Source: Eubacteriales bacterium
Lineage (GTDB): Bacteria; Bacillota; Clostridia; Lachnospirales; JAKSVV01
Assembly: GCA_031549455.1 (NCBI GenBank)
Contig: JAVBPT010000007.1
Span: 1-60,276 of the forward strand
Direction of reading: 5' to 3'
Length of the DNA: 60,276 nucleotides
In this document: positions 57,683 to 60,276 of the stretch, in pieces
Position numbering within the stretch: position 1 is the first letter of the stretch
How the letters are laid out: every line of letters starts with the position of its first letter
Made by a program: the position numbers and the translations under genes
The notes under the pieces: generated by a model
Seen by the model: the letters and a program-made list of their open reading frames with translations, nothing else
The model's database searches: none
Told to the model about the DNA's origin: nothing

Positions 57683-59364
57683 TATTGTTTGGAATCCTTT
57701 TATCGCTTTTTGTTTTCGTTTTATATTTTAATAAAAAGCTGGGTGTTGAATTAAATATATTGCAGATACATTCCTATGAGAATCGAAAGATGATTGAGTG
57801 GATGAATGACCGAAGAACCATCAAAACATTTTTTAAAGAGTTTCTTTTGTTTTTAGCACTTATTCCGATGTTGGCGGTGGGGTCACTCATGCTATCTGAA
57901 CTGGTTCTTGTAATCATCTTTCTCTTCTTTTTATTTAAGGTGAATAATGGAAATTATAAGAAGCCACTCGTGAAAACGGATCGGGTAAAAAGGCTTAGAG
58001 GGACCACGTGGATGCTTGGAACAATTCTATTTGCTCTGCTCTTTTTGAGTCTGCTCTGGATTCCAGAAAGCTATGTATTTTTTACGATTCCAACCACACT
58101 CGAGCTTTTATGTAACGACCTATTTCAAACGTTAAATATTAACTTTCTTCTGTTTTTGAGTTTACAAATTTTAATCTGTTTTGTTTTGAGTAAATTTTCA
58201 CACTGGTTTTTGGCCTTCTCAAATATTCTTTTGGGGCCGGTTGAAAAAAAGATCAATCGAAAATATTATGATGAAGCCAGAGTGAAGCTTATGGGGATGA
58301 GAAACCTAAAGATCATCGGCATTACAGGAAGTTATGGGAAAACCAGTACAAAATTTATAGTGCATGATATCCTTTCAGATAAATTTCGGGTTTGTAAAAC
58401 GCCAAGCAGTTTTAATACGCTACTCGGAGTGGTTCGTACCATTAGAGAAGAGCTAAAAAGCACGGATGAAGTTTTTGTGGTGGAGATGGGTGCCAGAAAG
58501 CGGAATGATATAAAAGAGATATGTGATCTTGTAAGACCAAACTTTGGGATTTTAACTGCAATCGGGAACCAACATCTTGAAAGCTTTAAAAATATTGATG
58601 TGATTAAGGAAACAAAATATGAACTGATTAAGTCTCTAGAAGGAGATAAAGTAGCGATTTTAAACGTAGATAATGAGCATGTAAAAGATATCGTCGAAAA
58701 AGAAAAGCTGAATGAAATGCAGCACGAAACCGTTTGTTACAGTCTAAAATATGATGAGGCAGACTATTATGCCGAAAATGTGCGCTATACCGGAACGGGT
58801 GCGGTGTTTGATCTAAAACTGCACGATGGTTCCAAAACAGAGATTAGCACACGGCTACTTGGACTCTACAACGTCTATAACGTGCTTGCAGGAATTGCGG
58901 TGGCTCATAAGTTAGGCATGAGTCTTCCGGAGATTCAAAAGGCAGTTTTAAAGGTAAAACCGGTGGAGCATAGACTGGAAATCATTAAGACCCATCAGAA
59001 TATTACCGTGATTGATGATTCGTTCAATGCAAACCCAGAGGGGACCAAAGAGGCCCTGGAGGTGCTGGTGAGAATGGAAGGGAATAAAAAGATCATCGTG
59101 ACGCCGGGAATGATTGAATTGGGTGAAAAACAATATCAATTCAACCTTGAGTTTGGGGAACGATGCGCAAGGATGTGTGACTATACAATTATGGTGGGGC
59201 ATATCCAAACCAAGCCAATGTATGATGCCTTTAAAAATATTGGTATCCCAGAGGATAAATATTTTGTGGCGAAGGATTTAAACGAGGCGACAGAAAAGCT
59301 AAAAGGTATTTTGGCACCAGGAGATGTCGTGCTTTATGAAAATGATCTTCCGGAAGATTTTTAA
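57679..59364 (+). CDS. MurF-like Mur ligase with N-terminal transmembrane region
   Basis: About 185-aa hydrophobic N-terminus; GITGSYGKTSTK, SFNT, VEMGA, HRL, DDSFNANP, GMIELG. Confidence 0.85.
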   Translation: MILFGILLSLFVFVLYFNKKLGVELNILQIHSYENRKMIEWMNDRRTIKTFFKEFLLFLALIPMLAVGSLMLSELVLVIIFLFFLFKVNNGNYKKPLVKTDRVKRLRGTTWMLGTILFALLFLSLLWIPESYVFFTIPTTLELLCNDLFQTLNINFLLFLSLQILICFVLSKFSHWFLAFSNILLGPVEKKINRKYYDEARVKLMGMRNLKIIGITGSYGKTSTKFIVHDILSDKFRVCKTPSSFNTLLGVVRTIREELKSTDEVFVVEMGARKRNDIKEICDLVRPNFGILTAIGNQHLESFKNIDVIKETKYELIKSLEGDKVAILNVDNEHVKDIVEKEKLNEMQHETVCYSLKYDEADYYAENVRYTGTGAVFDLKLHDGSKTEISTRLLGLYNVYNVLAGIAVAHKLGMSLPEIQKAVLKVKPVEHRLEIIKTHQNITVIDDSFNANPEGTKEALEVLVRMEGNKKIIVTPGMIELGEKQYQFNLEFGERCARMCDYTIMVGHIQTKPMYDAFKNIGIPEDKYFVAKDLNEATEKLKGILAPGDVVLYENDLPEDF

Positions 59365-59380
59365 AATATAGAGGTGTAAA

Positions 59381-60276
59381 ATGAAGACAAATGTAGGTGT
59401 TTTTTTCGGCGGTAAGTCAGTAGAACATGAGGTTTCTATTATTACGGCCAATGAGGTGATGTGTGTAATGGATAAGGATAAGTACAATATTATCCCGATT
59501 TATATTACAAAAGAGGGGGAAATGTATACCAGCAAGTATATGTTTGATATTCAAAGCTTTAAGAACATACCGGATCTATTAGACAAATCCACAAATGTAA
59601 ATTTGTCTTTAAATGAAAAAGAGCATTATGTGCTCAACAACGAGTCGGGTCTTTTCTTCAAACGAGTGGTTGCAAAACTTGATATTGCTTTTCCGATTAT
59701 GCATGGAACGAATGGAGAGGATGGAACGCTTCAGGGAGTGTTTGAATTTATGAACATTCCATACGTTGGTAGCAATGTGATTGCTTCAGCCAATGGGATG
59801 GATAAGATCATGCAAAAAATGATTCTAAAAGAAAGCGGACTACCGGTTGTGGACTACTTATGGTTCTATTCCAAAAAATATTTTGATGATAAGAAAAAGA
59901 TTTTTGGCGCCATAGAAGAGAACCTAAGCTTTCCGGTTGTGGTAAAACCGTGTAATCTGGGTTCAAGTATTGGTATCTCTGTTGTGAAGACAAAGGATGA
60001 TCTAGAGGAAGCGATTGATAACGCAAGCAGTTTTTCAACCAAGATTATTGTTGAGAAGTGTGTAGAAAATCTAAAAGAGATCAACTGTGCGGTGCTTGGA
60101 GATTATGAACAGGTATATGCGTCGGTGTGCGAGGAACCACTTAAAAAAGGAGACATCTTAAGTTATGAGGATAAGTATGTGGTAGAAGGCAGTAAGACTG
60201 GTGGCAAGATGGGTGGCATGTCTTCGAGCTTTCATAAGATGCCGGCTGAGATTTCAGATGAAAATACAGATGCAGT
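59381..60276 (+). CDS. ddl: D-alanine--D-alanine ligase family protein (3'-truncated at the window edge; absent from the ORF track)
   Basis: GAGGTG RBS; MKTNVGVFFGGKSVEHEVS, HGTNGEDG..QG, MDK, VKP.NLGSSIGI, LSYEDKY. Confidence 0.9.
   Translation, partial: MKTNVGVFFGGKSVEHEVSIITANEVMCVMDKDKYNIIPIYITKEGEMYTSKYMFDIQSFKNIPDLLDKSTNVNLSLNEKEHYVLNNESGLFFKRVVAKLDIAFPIMHGTNGEDGTLQGVFEFMNIPYVGSNVIASANGMDKIMQKMILKESGLPVVDYLWFYSKKYFDDKKKIFGAIEENLSFPVVVKPCNLGSSIGISVVKTKDDLEEAIDNASSFSTKIIVEKCVENLKEINCAVLGDYEQVYASVCEEPLKKGDILSYEDKYVVEGSKTGGKMGGMSSSFHKMPAEISDENTDA

Noticed and set aside
1-60276. CRISPR array, rRNA or transposase
   Set aside because: No regularly spaced direct repeats in any intergenic region, no long non-coding block, and no DDE or HUH transposase ORF recognised.

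Overview
AT-rich chromosomal window from a spore-forming Bacillota member, probably a Clostridia-type organism (inferred from veg, a SipL-like SPOCS/LysM gene, an alpha/beta SASP, abrB, ricT, an SLH protein and a T-box). Most of it is housekeeping: leuS, cdd, mgtE, gyrA-holB-ricT-tRNA methyltransferase, pilT-like, sepF-yggT-lspA-rluD, rarA-gatCAB-addA, a P-type ATPase, mnmG, deoB and murF-like/ddl. Several normally linked partners are missing next to their genes (gyrB, addB, mnmE/rsmG, yggS/divIVA). Five things stand out. (1) Two giant paralogous surface proteins carry eight FGE-sulfatase/C-type-lectin-like domains, the fold used by DGR targets; their scaffolds are conserved and their C-terminal tips diverge strongly, yet no reverse transcriptase or template repeat is visible. 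(2) A gene behind a perfect sigma-A consensus promoter encodes mTERF-like repeats, a family known mainly from eukaryotic organelles, and converges on an RluD-family gene. (3) An intact XerD-like ORF has lost its catalytic motifs. (4) A small GmrSD (DUF262-DUF1524)/NUDIX/gene-remnant islet follows addA. (5) An alpha/beta hydrolase, a membrane-anchored MurF-like ligase and ddl form a coupled triad. I found no CRISPR array, rRNA, full tRNA, transposase or prophage. All calls come from reading motifs by eye; no database search was run.
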